A stretch of DNA of 64,000 nt from Tetramitus jugosus (Eukaryota; Protista; Heterolobosea), in NCBI GenBank assembly GCA_937625935.1, contig OW569352.1:310001-374000 (forward strand). Reading direction: 5' to 3'. The stretch's first letter is position 1, and the number at the start of each line of letters is the position of its first letter. This document shows positions 53,848-64,000 of the stretch, in pieces. The position numbers were made by a program, and so were the translations under genes. A model generated the notes under the pieces. It was not told the DNA's origin. It ran no database searches and saw only the letters and a program-made list of their open reading frames with translations.

Positions 53848-54465
53848 TCAGAGAGCAATGGAACCTGAGAAAAAGTTGGCAAACTTGCTTCTCTTTGAGT
53901 CTTGGTATTGAATGTTAAGAGAGTCCAACAGTTGAGTCAACTTTGGCTTCAATATTGCTGCGTCGGCAGTTTCGACTTCAATCTCGTAATTCATTCCAAA
54001 AGGATAGGTCACCTGATCAAACTCCAATACGTAACCTTCCCAGTCATACTTTTTTCTCAAGTTCTTGAAGCCACCAAGACACACATATTCTTCAATCTTG
54101 TAAGTGTCACGTATCATATCCATCAACTCTCCTTTCCATTGCTTCATGAGAGAAGGGTCCTTGACTGCAGCTCTCGCATCATTTGCATCAACAGATTCCT
54201 CCTGTTCCTCAACAGAGCTAATGCCTTGACTGATATTTGCTTTGCCCTTGTGTGTCAGAACGCACTTTTCATTGCCTTGAGCGTCCTTGAAGAATCGAAG
54301 TCTGATCATGGATCTAGGCTTTGTGATCTCTTGTTTCGATCCATCAAAAAAGATGTTTTCTTGTTCGACGATAGCTTTGGGTTCTCCCATGTGTTGCTCA
54401 AACTTGTCATAGTCAGCCTTGGACAACAAGGTAATCTTGACTTCAATCTCTTGTGTGTTGATCAT
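53848..54465 (-). CDS. CYTH domain triphosphate tunnel metalloenzyme (TTM3-like)
   Basis: EIEVK (ExExK), QENIFFD, IRLR, LGGFKNLR, YEIEVET, SKFANF; ATG at 54465. Confidence 0.88.
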   Translation of the reverse strand: MINTQEIEVKITLLSKADYDKFEQHMGEPKAIVEQENIFFDGSKQEITKPRSMIRLRFFKDAQGNEKCVLTHKGKANISQGISSVEEQEESVDANDARAAVKDPSLMKQWKGELMDMIRDTYKIEEYVCLGGFKNLRKKYDWEGYVLEFDQVTYPFGMNYEIEVETADAAILKPKLTQLLDSLNIQYQDSKRSKFANFFSGSIAL

Positions 54466-54847
54466 TATTTGGCGATGCTCTTTGTTGTTTTGCTTTTGTT
54501 GCTTGGAAATGGAAAAAAGGGATCTCGTGGCCTGTTTGTCGTTGTTCGTGTGATTATGGATCAAACAACTCTTAGACAAGGATCTATACGAAGAGTGCAA
54601 AGAAGTGAACCTGAGAATGTTTGTGTTTCAGAGACTCTGTTTTGTTCGGAAGCTGGAAGATGACCGGAAAATTCTGTCAACTACGATTGATCAGTTCCAT
54701 GTCAAGACAGAAGACAGAGGACAACAACAATGACATCAAGAGTAACAGAACAAAAACAATAAAACAAAAGCTGAGAGAAGCATCCATGGATTCAATGAAA
54801 ATGAACACTTGAACTTTTTAATATCAGATACACACTACGGTGCATGC

Positions 54848-55317
54848 TCAACAACCATCTGATGACAACAGAATTGACGCATGTAAGTGTTAGTTAGTTT
54901 TTATCATTTCAAAACAAAAACACACAACAATGACAATAACAAAAGTATAAAAGACGCACCATCTTCACTGGCCGTTCCAAGACACAGCATTTGATGAAAG
55001 AGTGACACTGAAACTGTTTGATTTCCCAGTGATACTCTCATTAGTGTTGAGTTATTAGAGCTTGATCTCTGAGAATTGAGTGACAATGATGGTGATGACG
55101 ACGATGCGATTCCAAAGCTCATGTTATTACTATTATTGTTAAATACACCAGCAGAGGATGATGAACCTGCACTGAAAAAGGAGGATGCTCTGCTAGCAGT
55201 CGATGATGATGATTTACTTGATGCAGTAATGAGAGAACTGTTCAGAGTGATACGGTTGGACCGCATAGCTTGTCGCGAGCATGACGCTGCGAAAGATCTC
55301 CCAACAGTTGAAAACAT
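54848..55317 (-). CDS. Small Ser-rich putative mitochondrial protein, 2 exons
   Basis: Transit-peptide-like MFSTVGRSFAASCSRQAMRSNR. Predicted intron 54859-54959 (GTGCGT...CTAACTAAC...CAG) gives the end ...ASEDDGC*. Confidence 0.55.
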
Positions 55318-55708
55318 TTTTTCTGACGTCGTGTTGTTTGTGTGGAGATTTTGGGCGCGGAAATGAAAAAAGTTCGAGTGGGTGGTGGAAGTGCTATTTG
55401 GCTCAAATTTGGCTCTCCAGATCGGAATTTGGTTGCTTTAGATCTCTGCGTGGCATAAAGAGAGTCAACGGATGGTAATTCAGGGCATCCAACTCATTTC
55501 ATAACAACAAGCTAAAAATTGAGCCTTTATCTTTTTCTGTTCCTTCTGCTGGATGATTGTTTTCGGGCACTCGAATACATTCGCATATTTTTCTGGAGAT
55601 TAACAGGCACAATCCTACTGATCTTTCTAACAACAAGAAAACAAACAAGACTCTCTTGTAGCATATCTCATACACAACTTACATTCTTCTTGACTCTGAT
55701 ACCTAAAA

Positions 55709-56407
55709 ATGATGAGCAATAACGCAAAAGCACTGATTGGAGCATCCTTGGTCGCTGGAGGAGCCTGGTACTACATGTCCAACAAAAAAAAGGGAAAGCA
55801 ACTCTATGCAGAACAGAGACGTATGGAAAATGTTCCAGGTCAAACTGAATCCATGACTGCAAGAGTCGGAGAGAGCATGGCCAGCATGACTCAAAACTTT
55901 GCTCCTCTGAAGCAATTTGACACCCATATCAGCTCTATCCGTTGCTATAACAACAACGTCAAGAGACAGATCCCTGTCCATGAGTACATTATGCATATTA
56001 ATGAAGATGTCATGCAGGCCTTGATCACTGATTCCGACAAGCCTGATGCCAAGATTGTCGGTATTGAGTACATTATCAGTGACAAGCTCTACAGACAATT
56101 ACCAGAAGAAGAGAAGAAGCTGTGGTACAATCACGAGTTCGAGGTCAAGTCTGGCACAATGATTGCGCCCAGAATGCCATCAATGATGGAAAATAAGTTG
56201 ATGAAGAACATGGGTAGCACTTGGGGTAAGACAATCAATTTGTGGCAAGTCGATCGTGACAGATTGCCGATGGGTATGCCTCAAATGATGACTGGACCAA
56301 CATCCTACAACACCTTGAACTCTGAAGTTATCAAGAGTAGAGATGCACAATTGGGTCTTGATACCATGAAGGAGAGAAGAAACAGAGAGAACATGAAGTT
56401 CGAATAA
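55709..56407 (+). CDS. DUF1264 / oil-body-associated protein (OBAP) family
   Basis: DSDKPDAKIVGIEYIISDKLY..LPEEEKKLW..HEFEVKSG, TWGKT...WQVDR..LPMGMPQMM; N-terminal hydrophobic anchor. Confidence 0.85.
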   Translation: MMSNNAKALIGASLVAGGAWYYMSNKKKGKQLYAEQRRMENVPGQTESMTARVGESMASMTQNFAPLKQFDTHISSIRCYNNNVKRQIPVHEYIMHINEDVMQALITDSDKPDAKIVGIEYIISDKLYRQLPEEEKKLWYNHEFEVKSGTMIAPRMPSMMENKLMKNMGSTWGKTINLWQVDRDRLPMGMPQMMTGPTSYNTLNSEVIKSRDAQLGLDTMKERRNRENMKFE

Positions 56408-56496
56408 GCAAGGCAAACTGAGAAACCACAATATCTCTGGAGAAGATTCATTTACTACTTGTTACCATCGATCATTATTGTAAATAAACACGGTAT

Positions 56497-58275
56497 TTAG
56501 TAGAATTGTTCAACAGCATCGCAGTAGTCTGGTCTGATTGGACCAGCATGGATACCTCTTCTGACCAACACGTGACATCTGGCAAACATCAATCTGGCTT
56601 GAGCGTCGTTAATATCCTGTGTGTCCTTTGCTTGACTCCATGCTCTCTCTGCTGCACCTAACACTCTAGGGAAAATTCTTGTTTCGATAGAGACAGCATC
56701 TGCCTGCTCTCCCCATTGGCAAGCCTCAGTTCCCAACACTCTTGATTCTTGTTCAGGGGTGAAACCCATGCCCATAGTTGGATCAAATGTGTAAAAATCT
56801 TGCCATGTATCACCCCAGAGATAATGTGTCTGGTTGCCTGGTACTTGCTTGTCCAAGTACAATCCAGAGGAAGCAAGTCCTCTGTGGCCAGCTTTGATGA
56901 TTTGACCGAGAGCCTCCTTGGATCTCCATGCTTGCACAATACTATCAGCTGGAAGCTTATAGACATTGGCATGCTCCAACAACAATTCTTCCCATGCTAC
57001 CATGGTTCTCTTGTACTTGGTATAGATGGCTTGCAGATTTGTTTCAAAGTAGGCGAGCAATAGGTTATAATCGGTCCATCCCTTCTTTTGCATCCATGCA
57101 GAGATGTTAGGATCTTCCTTCCAACATGCTTGAACCAACTCGTCAGCACCAAAATGCATAAATTGATCAGGAGCAACTTGCACCACTGCAGAAACCACAG
57201 CTTCAATAATCTGATATGTCTTATCGTTGGTAGGATCAAGAGGAATATTGTTGATATTGGCACTGAATCTTGGACATTTGGCTACAATTTCTGGATAGCC
57301 GACACCCCAACTGGCTGCATGACCTGGCATATCTAACTCAATAACCACTCGAATGCCCATGGATCTTGCTGTCTTGACAATGTACTGTACATCTTCTAAT
57401 TGATAGATTGCTTTTTGAGAGTAGGCAGCCTTGATCAGATTTGGAGCACCAGGAACATGAAGAGGGAATGATTGAGCATCCACACTGTCATTCGTTTGTT
57501 AGTTCTCTGACCTTTTGAATAAAACAAAAACAAACACAACAATTCACAGAATAAATATCGTCGGTACATACATGTGCCAATGCAAGACATTCATCTTAAA
57601 GTAACTCATTGCACTCAATATTCTAACAATCTTTCTGATTGGCAAAAAGTGACGAGAAGAATCAATCAACAATCCTCTCCAAGGGAATCTTGGCTTGTCA
57701 TTGATTGTAAACGGAGCTTCCAGAGTCAAAGCATAATAGCTTTCATTTGAATCATCTGACTGCTCTTCAATCACAACCATTTGAGAGAAGGTTTCCAATG
57801 CTCTCAACGCACCAAACACTGAATTTGCAAACACTGTGACGACAGCATTGTTTCCCACTGACTTGTCCAATGAGAGCACATACTTTTCATCAGTCTCCAA
57901 ATCCAAGTTGGTGTTTGTTGCCAAAGTAGGATCGAATGAGAACTTGACACCCGTGATACACACATAGTTTGATCTTCCACACAAGACAGAGGAGCTATGA
58001 GATGGGATTTGCTTATTGTAAAAGATGAGTCCAGAGTAGCGCTGAATAGCACCACTGAGTAGAGCTTGAGCCTCACCAGAAGGAACATTGCCCTGATCAA
58101 ACTGAAAAGTCTTGTGATCAGCAATGAGAACCGTAGAGGAGCCAGTGACTTGAGTGCTGAAGGGTTTTGGCCAAATGTTGATGGATGTTGTTGGCATAGC
58201 AGCACAAGCAACAAACATCACGCAACATGATGCAAGAAGAACAACAAGAATAGACAACACCGAATGCTTCATCAC
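56497..58275 (-). CDS. Beta-N-acetylhexosaminidase (GH20), 2 exons
   Basis: Signal peptide, DKPRFPWRGLLIDSSRHF, NVLHWH|IVDAQSFP, ELDMPGH, HFGADE; intron 57485-57571. Confidence 0.93.
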
Positions 58276-58792
58276 TGCTGTTCAAACTGAAATGTAACAA
58301 CAAGCTTTTTTTTCTTGTCGAAAGAACAATGTGCAGTTTCGTGTGATCAGAAAGCGATGTCAGGGGGATATTCCGACAATGTCGACAAAACCAACAGCGA
58401 GTGAGACGATTCGCACGTCATGGATTGTGTTTCTAGATGAGCGTTGAACCTTGGCTAAGATTAATGCTCTGAAAACTCTTCAACAGGTTGATCGAAAAAT
58501 TTTTATCCCCAGTTGGCTGAGTTCCCTAGCAAGCTCTAATATGGTCTTACAGCGTGCACTGGGCGAAACATTCGTGGGCAACACAACACCCTTCCTTTGT
58601 TTTCTGGTTTCCTCATTTTATTCTTCCCAATTTCAATGATACAAAATTAATCCCTCGGTAACCTGAGCCAGTGAACTGAGGGCTACTTCCTGTAATAATT
58701 CCGGATGGTATGCACAAAAACTACAAACATCAACTGGTGCACACGAGTTTTAATTGAACTATAACACGAGCTTCGACATAGAAAAGCACACA

Positions 58793-60658
58793 ATGAAGAA
58801 CAACCACTACAAACTATTCAGTCTAATAGCTCTCCTATCGTGCCTAATAGTACATTTGTCGACTTCAAATGCTCAGAGGGCCAACTCGGTGTGGACTCGT
58901 GGATACGACAACTCTCGGACCTATGCCAACTTGAATGAACCAATATTGAATGTAAATAATGTCAATTCCCAACAATTCGGAAAACTATTCAGCAGAAAGG
59001 TGCAAGGCCATGTGTACGCTCAGGTTCTCTATGTTCCCAATGTGCTTATGCAGAAGGACAACAAGAAACACAATGCCATATTCGTTGCTACTATGAGCAA
59101 CAATGTTTATGCTTTTGATGCAGATGATGCTGAACAGTCGGAACCATTGTGGTTTGCTAACTTTGGGAACCCATTGCCTTTGGATGACAACCCAGTTGGT
59201 CAGAACTGCGGAGTGTTTCAAGACATATTCATGGAGATTGGCATTGTTTCAACTCCAGTGATCGATGTAGATTCTCAAACAATTTACTTTGTGACAACAC
59301 TCAAGGATTCAGACACTGGAGAGTTTCAACACAAGTTACACGCGGTTGATATCACTTGCGGAGAACATCGTACCAACAGCCCCATCCTCATATCCGGATC
59401 GGTGCAAGGAACTGGCTCAGGAAGTGTGGATGGAGTGGTAGAGTTCATGAGCTCGAAACAATTACAAAGAATGGGCATTTCCCTGATTGATGGTACAGTG
59501 TATGTCGGTTTTGGGGGTTATTGCTTCACTCCACCCTATCATGGATGGTTGTTCGGATTTGATTCTGTGAGTCTTGAGCGCAAATTCCTCTTCTGCTCGA
59601 CTCCTAATGGATTAGGTGGAGGCATCTGGCAAGGAAGCACTGGTATTTCATCCGATAATAAGTACATCTATTTGGCGACAGCCAATGGGGATTGGAATGG
59701 TGAGACGGAGTGGAGTAGTTCCTTTCTAAAAATTGATCCCAAGAATGTCGAAACAGAAGGGAACTATAAGGGTCTGCTCAAAGGAATTACAAGTTATTTT
59801 ACACCTTACAATCAAGAGTATTTGGGAACGGTGGATTTGGATGTTGGTGCCACGGGTGTCCTATTGATTCCTGATTCTGATGTCATGATGGGCTGCACAA
59901 AATTCGGAAGGTGCTACCTGGTTGATCGAACAGATCTCGGTGGACACAGTGGAGAATCGAACACGAACATTCAGGACTTTAAACCGAATCCTGAATTACC
60001 TGAAGCTTTTGGTTTTGGAGTTCATAGTAGCCCAGTCACATGGGTCTCCAAAACCAAGGGAAGATTGATCTACGTCTGGGGAGCTCAAGACAGCTTACGA
60101 GCTCTTCATTTCACAAGTGTAGGCTCAAAGGGAGCTATCGATATGTCCCAATCGGAAGTTGTACAAAATCAACAAAACATACCAGAGTTCCCAGGAGGAA
60201 TGATGAGTCTATCAGCTCTCGATTTTAATGAAGGTTCTGGTATTGTTTGGTCATATCAACCTGAAACGGGCAATTCAAATCATGAGATTCGACCTGGAAT
60301 GGTTAGAGCATTCGATGCAAATGATATTAATCGGGAGTTGTGGAACAGTGCCATGAATAGAGATAGGGACTACCCAGGTTACTATGCCAAGTGGCAACCT
60401 CCAACTATCGCTAATGGCAAGGTATATGTAGGTACGTTCTCTATGCCTCCCTCCAAAGAGAGTGAAGTTGTAGCATATGGATTATTGAACACTGAACCCA
60501 ATGTTATAACTTCTTGCTCACGCTGCGAATCTGTTGAGTCTCCGGAGCCCTTACCCACTTCTTCTCATGAATTCTCTGGTGTTTCAAAGGCTTTTTCATG
60601 GACAACTCTCATCTATAGTCTTTTGTTAGGTGCATTGTTGTCCATCTTCATCAAATAG
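58793..60658 (+). CDS. Secreted PQQ-like beta-propeller protein of bacterial type, with GPI-like C-terminus
   Basis: Signal peptide; YDNSRT..N..E..L...NVN...FGKLF...V.G.VYAQ.LYV, VATMSNNVYAFDAD, GIVSTPVID, YHGW, GGGIW, PTIANGKVYVGT; hydrophobic C-terminal tail. Confidence 0.75.
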   Translation: MKNNHYKLFSLIALLSCLIVHLSTSNAQRANSVWTRGYDNSRTYANLNEPILNVNNVNSQQFGKLFSRKVQGHVYAQVLYVPNVLMQKDNKKHNAIFVATMSNNVYAFDADDAEQSEPLWFANFGNPLPLDDNPVGQNCGVFQDIFMEIGIVSTPVIDVDSQTIYFVTTLKDSDTGEFQHKLHAVDITCGEHRTNSPILISGSVQGTGSGSVDGVVEFMSSKQLQRMGISLIDGTVYVGFGGYCFTPPYHGWLFGFDSVSLERKFLFCSTPNGLGGGIWQGSTGISSDNKYIYLATANGDWNGETEWSSSFLKIDPKNVETEGNYKGLLKGITSYFTPYNQEYLGTVDLDVGATGVLLIPDSDVMMGCTKFGRCYLVDRTDLGGHSGESNTNIQDFKPNPELPEAFGFGVHSSPVTWVSKTKGRLIYVWGAQDSLRALHFTSVGSKGAIDMSQSEVVQNQQNIPEFPGGMMSLSALDFNEGSGIVWSYQPETGNSNHEIRPGMVRAFDANDINRELWNSAMNRDRDYPGYYAKWQPPTIANGKVYVGTFSMPPSKESEVVAYGLLNTEPNVITSCSRCESVESPEPLPTSSHEFSGVSKAFSWTTLIYSLLLGALLSIFIK

Positions 60659-60699
60659 GAGAAATTTAATCGTACTGGACTTTGAATAAAAACATTTAT

Positions 60700-61197
60700 T
60701 TACTTGTAAGTTTCCTTTGAGAGAATAGTTCCAGCGAGACCTGCAACAGACTCTCCCTTATCTTTGGTGAACATGTCGAGAACAAATGTTTGGTCATCAG
60801 GGTTAGAGAAGTCCAACTTTTGGAAGTCAAAGTTTGGATATAGGTTAGATTCCTGGAATAATTGAGGAATTGTCTCAGTATTGAATAACCAGCATTGTGT
60901 CAAGATAAACTTGGCAGTGTCAGATGGACCGTGGATGATACAGGATCCGAAAGCACACTTTCTGACACCTGGATCCATGTACTGATCTTGCAAGTATCCC
61001 AGATTCAAGTTCTCGTTCATGAACAAGAGAGGTCTCAAATCATCAGGGTACTTGTAAATGGCCTTGAATAGCGTATGACCAGTTGCCTTTGGGAAATTGT
61101 CCTTGAACCATTGTCTGGATTCTTCTGGTGTTTGGTTGGACACGACATCCTTCCATGAGAAAAGCTTGAATGTTGGTACTGGTTGTTCTTCTGCCAT
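60700..61197 (-). CDS. Stand-alone eEF1B-gamma C-terminal domain protein
   Basis: WK...SN...WF..NF...G.TL....YKY, LFM..NL..G, K.AFGS, WLF, F.KLD pattern of the EF1G domain. Confidence 0.7.
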   Translation of the reverse strand: MAEEQPVPTFKLFSWKDVVSNQTPEESRQWFKDNFPKATGHTLFKAIYKYPDDLRPLLFMNENLNLGYLQDQYMDPGVRKCAFGSCIIHGPSDTAKFILTQCWLFNTETIPQLFQESNLYPNFDFQKLDFSNPDDQTFVLDMFTKDKGESVAGLAGTILSKETYK

Positions 61198-61397
61198 TGT
61201 TTTGAGATAAGAAATCAAATGTTACTTCTTGATGTTTGTTGTTTGTTATGTGTGTGTTTTCAGATCTGATGATGGATGATCGAAAGTTGTTCTTTTAAAG
61301 TGACATCGATCCACAAAACCAAAAATGCACCTCGGTGCAACATACAAAAGGAATCGTAAATCCAATTTTGCATCGCCCCATCTTGGTCAAAAGGGAT

Positions 61398-61480
61398 CGC
61401 ACTCTGTAGGATTTGAACCTACGCACGGTTTCCCGTACCTGATTTCTAGTCAGGCTCCTTGACCGCTCGGACAAGAGTGC
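61398..61480 (-). tRNA. trnS-AGA: tRNA-Ser (anticodon AGA)
   Basis: Acceptor stem GCACTCT/AGAGTGC plus G discriminator, anticodon arm CCTGA-CTAGAAA-TCAGG, long variable arm, GTAGGTTCAAATCCTAC T-arm, downstream TTTT Pol III terminator. Confidence 0.95.
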
Positions 61481-61586
61481 TCAGATATTGATGTTCATCA
61501 CACAATTTAGTCATCTCTAAAAATATCGAAATTTTGCGGTAAATTTTAAAACTCCTTCAGTTCCACACAAACAACACCAACAGAAC

Positions 61587-63707
61587 ATGTCAAACAACAA
61601 ATCCACTTCAGCGCAACCACAACAACACCCAAAGAAGAAGAAGAGGTCAGTCATCCAAGACTCGTACTTTACCAACCACCACTCCTCCCCCAAATCAACA
61701 CCCACAACACCATCATCATCAGACCATACAAATCATGATGATGACAACAATAACAATAATGATATCAACAACATGAACAAAGTGATAGTAGACCCAATTC
61801 TTACCATTCTTCAACAACAATTCAATGAATTTATTGATGATTCCGTAATTGAACTCATCTACTCGAATCACGAACTGTCTTTTAATGAAAAATTGTTTCA
61901 TTTGACTGAAATGATCACATGTAACAACAATGTCAATCATTCGCCATCATGCACAATAAGTGGTTCACAAGAAGACAACAATAATAATAACAATAATAGT
62001 AATGAAATTTCCTTCTTGTATGACATGTTCATTCTTCCTCAACAACAACAACAACAACAACAGGAAAATGAAGAAGAAGAAAATGAAGAACATGTGTTTG
62101 ATAGAGAATTGATACAAATTGTGTTGGAAGAAAACAAGAATGACATTTATGCTACGATGAATCAATTGTTGCAAATGAACAATGGAAGTGACACATTGTT
62201 AGATGTAGTTGTTGTTGATGATGATGATGATGATGATGATTTTGAAATTGATGATGATTTTTTGAATAATGATGACAGTTCAAACATGTATGATGATTTT
62301 GTAGAACAACAAACAAAATCATCAATTGTAGCTTCTCCTCAAAAGCAACAACAACAACAAGGAAACAATAATAACAAGAAACAGCAAAAGAAAAAGAAGA
62401 ATCAACAACAACAACAACAACAACGAAAAGAACAAAAAAAGTTGCAACACGTGGAAACCATTGAGAGATTGAGTGAAATTTTTACAAGAGTCGATCGAGA
62501 TACGATTGAAGCCACATTGATTGGACATGATAACAATGCAGATGAAGCGTTTAGAGCTCTGAGTGTCATGTCACCATTCTTGACCATGGATCAAATGAAT
62601 AAGAAGAAGCAGGAATTGAAATCGAAAAAGAATCAATCGTTTAGAAATGCAGATGAGTACTTTGGACGAAAACAGGGACTCGTTTTCAATCAATGGAACA
62701 GTGCAAGTATTAGCGGTGGTGGTGGAAGTGGTGGAATGAATAATAATTCTACTAAGAATGTGAACAATGGTTTGTATAACAGTGGTATTAGTATTAGTGC
62801 AAAGAGTTATTCGATTGAGGAGGAACCGTTGACTGAATTGGATCATTTGCCATCGAATCAGAACACGCATCTCTCCTTGTCTGATGAGTTGAAATTGGAA
62901 AAACTGTGTTCCATGTTCAAAGATTATGACGTGGGTGATGATATTGTCAAGAATGTTTTCATTAGTTGTAAGTGTCACTTTGGTCTCACAATTCAGAGAC
63001 TGTACGATTTGTATCCGAATGTGGACAGTGCCAGAAGAAGTGCTCAGAACATTATTGCGCCCAAGATGCTCCAACATGTGAAACAGCAGCAGCAGCAACA
63101 AAAGAGGTCGAATCAGAACCAGAGACAGTCAACCTCTAGCACTTTCGTCAATTATGACAACTCTCTCAAGAATGATGATTACATGTCTCAAGTTATTGAT
63201 GAGCGAGTCTTTATTAATGATGATGATCCATACAACTCTTCCATGCACAGAAGAACCGGTGTTCAATTTGCAAAGATTAGAAATCAATTCTTTACGATGG
63301 CTCTTGAGGCCTACATGAGAGGTGATGGTGCCTCGGCAAAGGAATTGGCTGAAAAGGGCAGAAAGGCTGATCGCATCAGCAAGGCGGAGCACATGAACGC
63401 ATCGTACTCCATTTTCAATCATGTGAATGCCAACAAGCAAAGTCGTGACACCAAAACAATTGATCTTCATGGTCTACATGTAAGCGAGGCTTTACAGATT
63501 TTGAGTCAAATTATACAATCAGAGAAGCAAGAACTCGAGAGAGATGAGAGAAATGTGCGCACTCTAAATGTTATCACTGGTGTGGGAAGAAATAGTGCCA
63601 AGGGAAAGGCAAAGGTGAAGCCAGCAGTGGAAGCATTCCTGAAGAGAGAGGGATATCGCATCAAGACTCTATCACCTGGTGATCTACAAATTACAATCAA
63701 GAAATAA
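61587..63707 (+). CDS. Smr-domain endonuclease with DUF1771 and CUE-like domains (N4BP2/Cue2-like)
   Basis: AYMRGDGASAKELAEKG (DUF1771), IDLHGLHVSEA and VITGVGRNS (Smr), upstream CUE-like repeats. Confidence 0.88.
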   Translation: MSNNKSTSAQPQQHPKKKKRSVIQDSYFTNHHSSPKSTPTTPSSSDHTNHDDDNNNNNDINNMNKVIVDPILTILQQQFNEFIDDSVIELIYSNHELSFNEKLFHLTEMITCNNNVNHSPSCTISGSQEDNNNNNNNSNEISFLYDMFILPQQQQQQQQENEEEENEEHVFDRELIQIVLEENKNDIYATMNQLLQMNNGSDTLLDVVVVDDDDDDDDFEIDDDFLNNDDSSNMYDDFVEQQTKSSIVASPQKQQQQQGNNNNKKQQKKKKNQQQQQQQRKEQKKLQHVETIERLSEIFTRVDRDTIEATLIGHDNNADEAFRALSVMSPFLTMDQMNKKKQELKSKKNQSFRNADEYFGRKQGLVFNQWNSASISGGGGSGGMNNNSTKNVNNGLYNSGISISAKSYSIEEEPLTELDHLPSNQNTHLSLSDELKLEKLCSMFKDYDVGDDIVKNVFISCKCHFGLTIQRLYDLYPNVDSARRSAQNIIAPKMLQHVKQQQQQQKRSNQNQRQSTSSTFVNYDNSLKNDDYMSQVIDERVFINDDDPYNSSMHRRTGVQFAKIRNQFFTMALEAYMRGDGASAKELAEKGRKADRISKAEHMNASYSIFNHVNANKQSRDTKTIDLHGLHVSEALQILSQIIQSEKQELERDERNVRTLNVITGVGRNSAKGKAKVKPAVEAFLKREGYRIKTLSPGDLQITIKK

Positions 63708-63867
63708 ATTATTAAGAAAGCACCATGTGTGCTTTGGTCATCCTGTCAATCGTCTCTGCGCTTCAATACTGCATCCTGGTTCCCTCTCTCTCTTTGCGAT
63801 CACTGTTCATTGGCGCAACTCTTTCGTAACAAAGATACTGATCCTAACACTTACAATCAGCTATCTC

Positions 63868-64000
63868 TTAAACGCTCGTGTGATTATGATCCGCTTCTTC
63901 CTTCTTCGAGTCGATTTGACTCAACGCGCTATTCAATCTCTCTTTCAGCGCACCCAAATCAATTAATTCTCTGGATTGATGCCAAATATTGACCATTTCC
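63868..64000 (-). CDS. Possible 3' end of a gene entering from the right edge
   Basis: Only open minus-strand frame from the edge: EMVNIWHQSRELIDLGALKERLNSALSQIDSKKEEADHNHTSV*. Confidence 0.3.
   Translation of the reverse strand, partial: EMVNIWHQSRELIDLGALKERLNSALSQIDSKKEEADHNHTSV

Noticed and set aside
58652-58682. Hairpin CCCTCGGT...ACTGAGGG upstream of the PQQ-like gene
   Set aside because: A single 8-bp stem with a G-U pair and no family motif; compatible with chance.
316-62430. (AAC)n, (GAT)n, (CAG)n and (AGT)n tracts as repeat arrays or CRISPR
   Set aside because: They are coding microsatellites for poly-N/Q/D/S/T, with no repeat-spacer structure.
49-63992. Numerous short or antisense ORFs in the track (e.g. 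49-663, 8585-9229, 34648-35268, 53902-54663)
   Set aside because: They are shadows of real genes on the opposite strand or in other frames, many start with TTG/GTG, and none has a recognisable motif.

Overview
Gene-dense eukaryotic nuclear DNA with about 37 protein-coding genes, short GT-AG introns (often with CTAAC/CTGAC branch sites), poly-N/Q/S tracts and one tRNA-Ser(AGA). The gene content includes the flagellar protein DRC2, WASP, an RWP-RK factor, a Cache-HAMP class III cyclase and condensin II D3. This suggests an amoeboflagellate protist, plausibly a heterolobosean (inference only). Most genes are housekeeping (DIS3L2, COX19, RPC11, HPD, OAT, NCAPD3, OLA1, GH20, PLB). The standout is a tandem, intronless pair (22.7-26.9 kb) of DUF262+DUF1524 genes from the bacterial GmrSD/SspE modification-dependent restriction family. 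Both keep the DGQQR NTPase motif, have lost the HNH catalytic His and Asn, and have gained a bipartite NLS-like tail. The two copies show patchy gene-conversion-like identity, and copy 2 carries a 5' frameshift. Other candidates are a Schlafen/AlbA_2-BTB fusion, a plant RVE8-type MYB with an LCL domain, a putative MLKL-NTD+Sel1 protein and a bacterial-type PQQ-like propeller with a GPI-like tail. All family calls come from motif recognition by eye; no searches were run.
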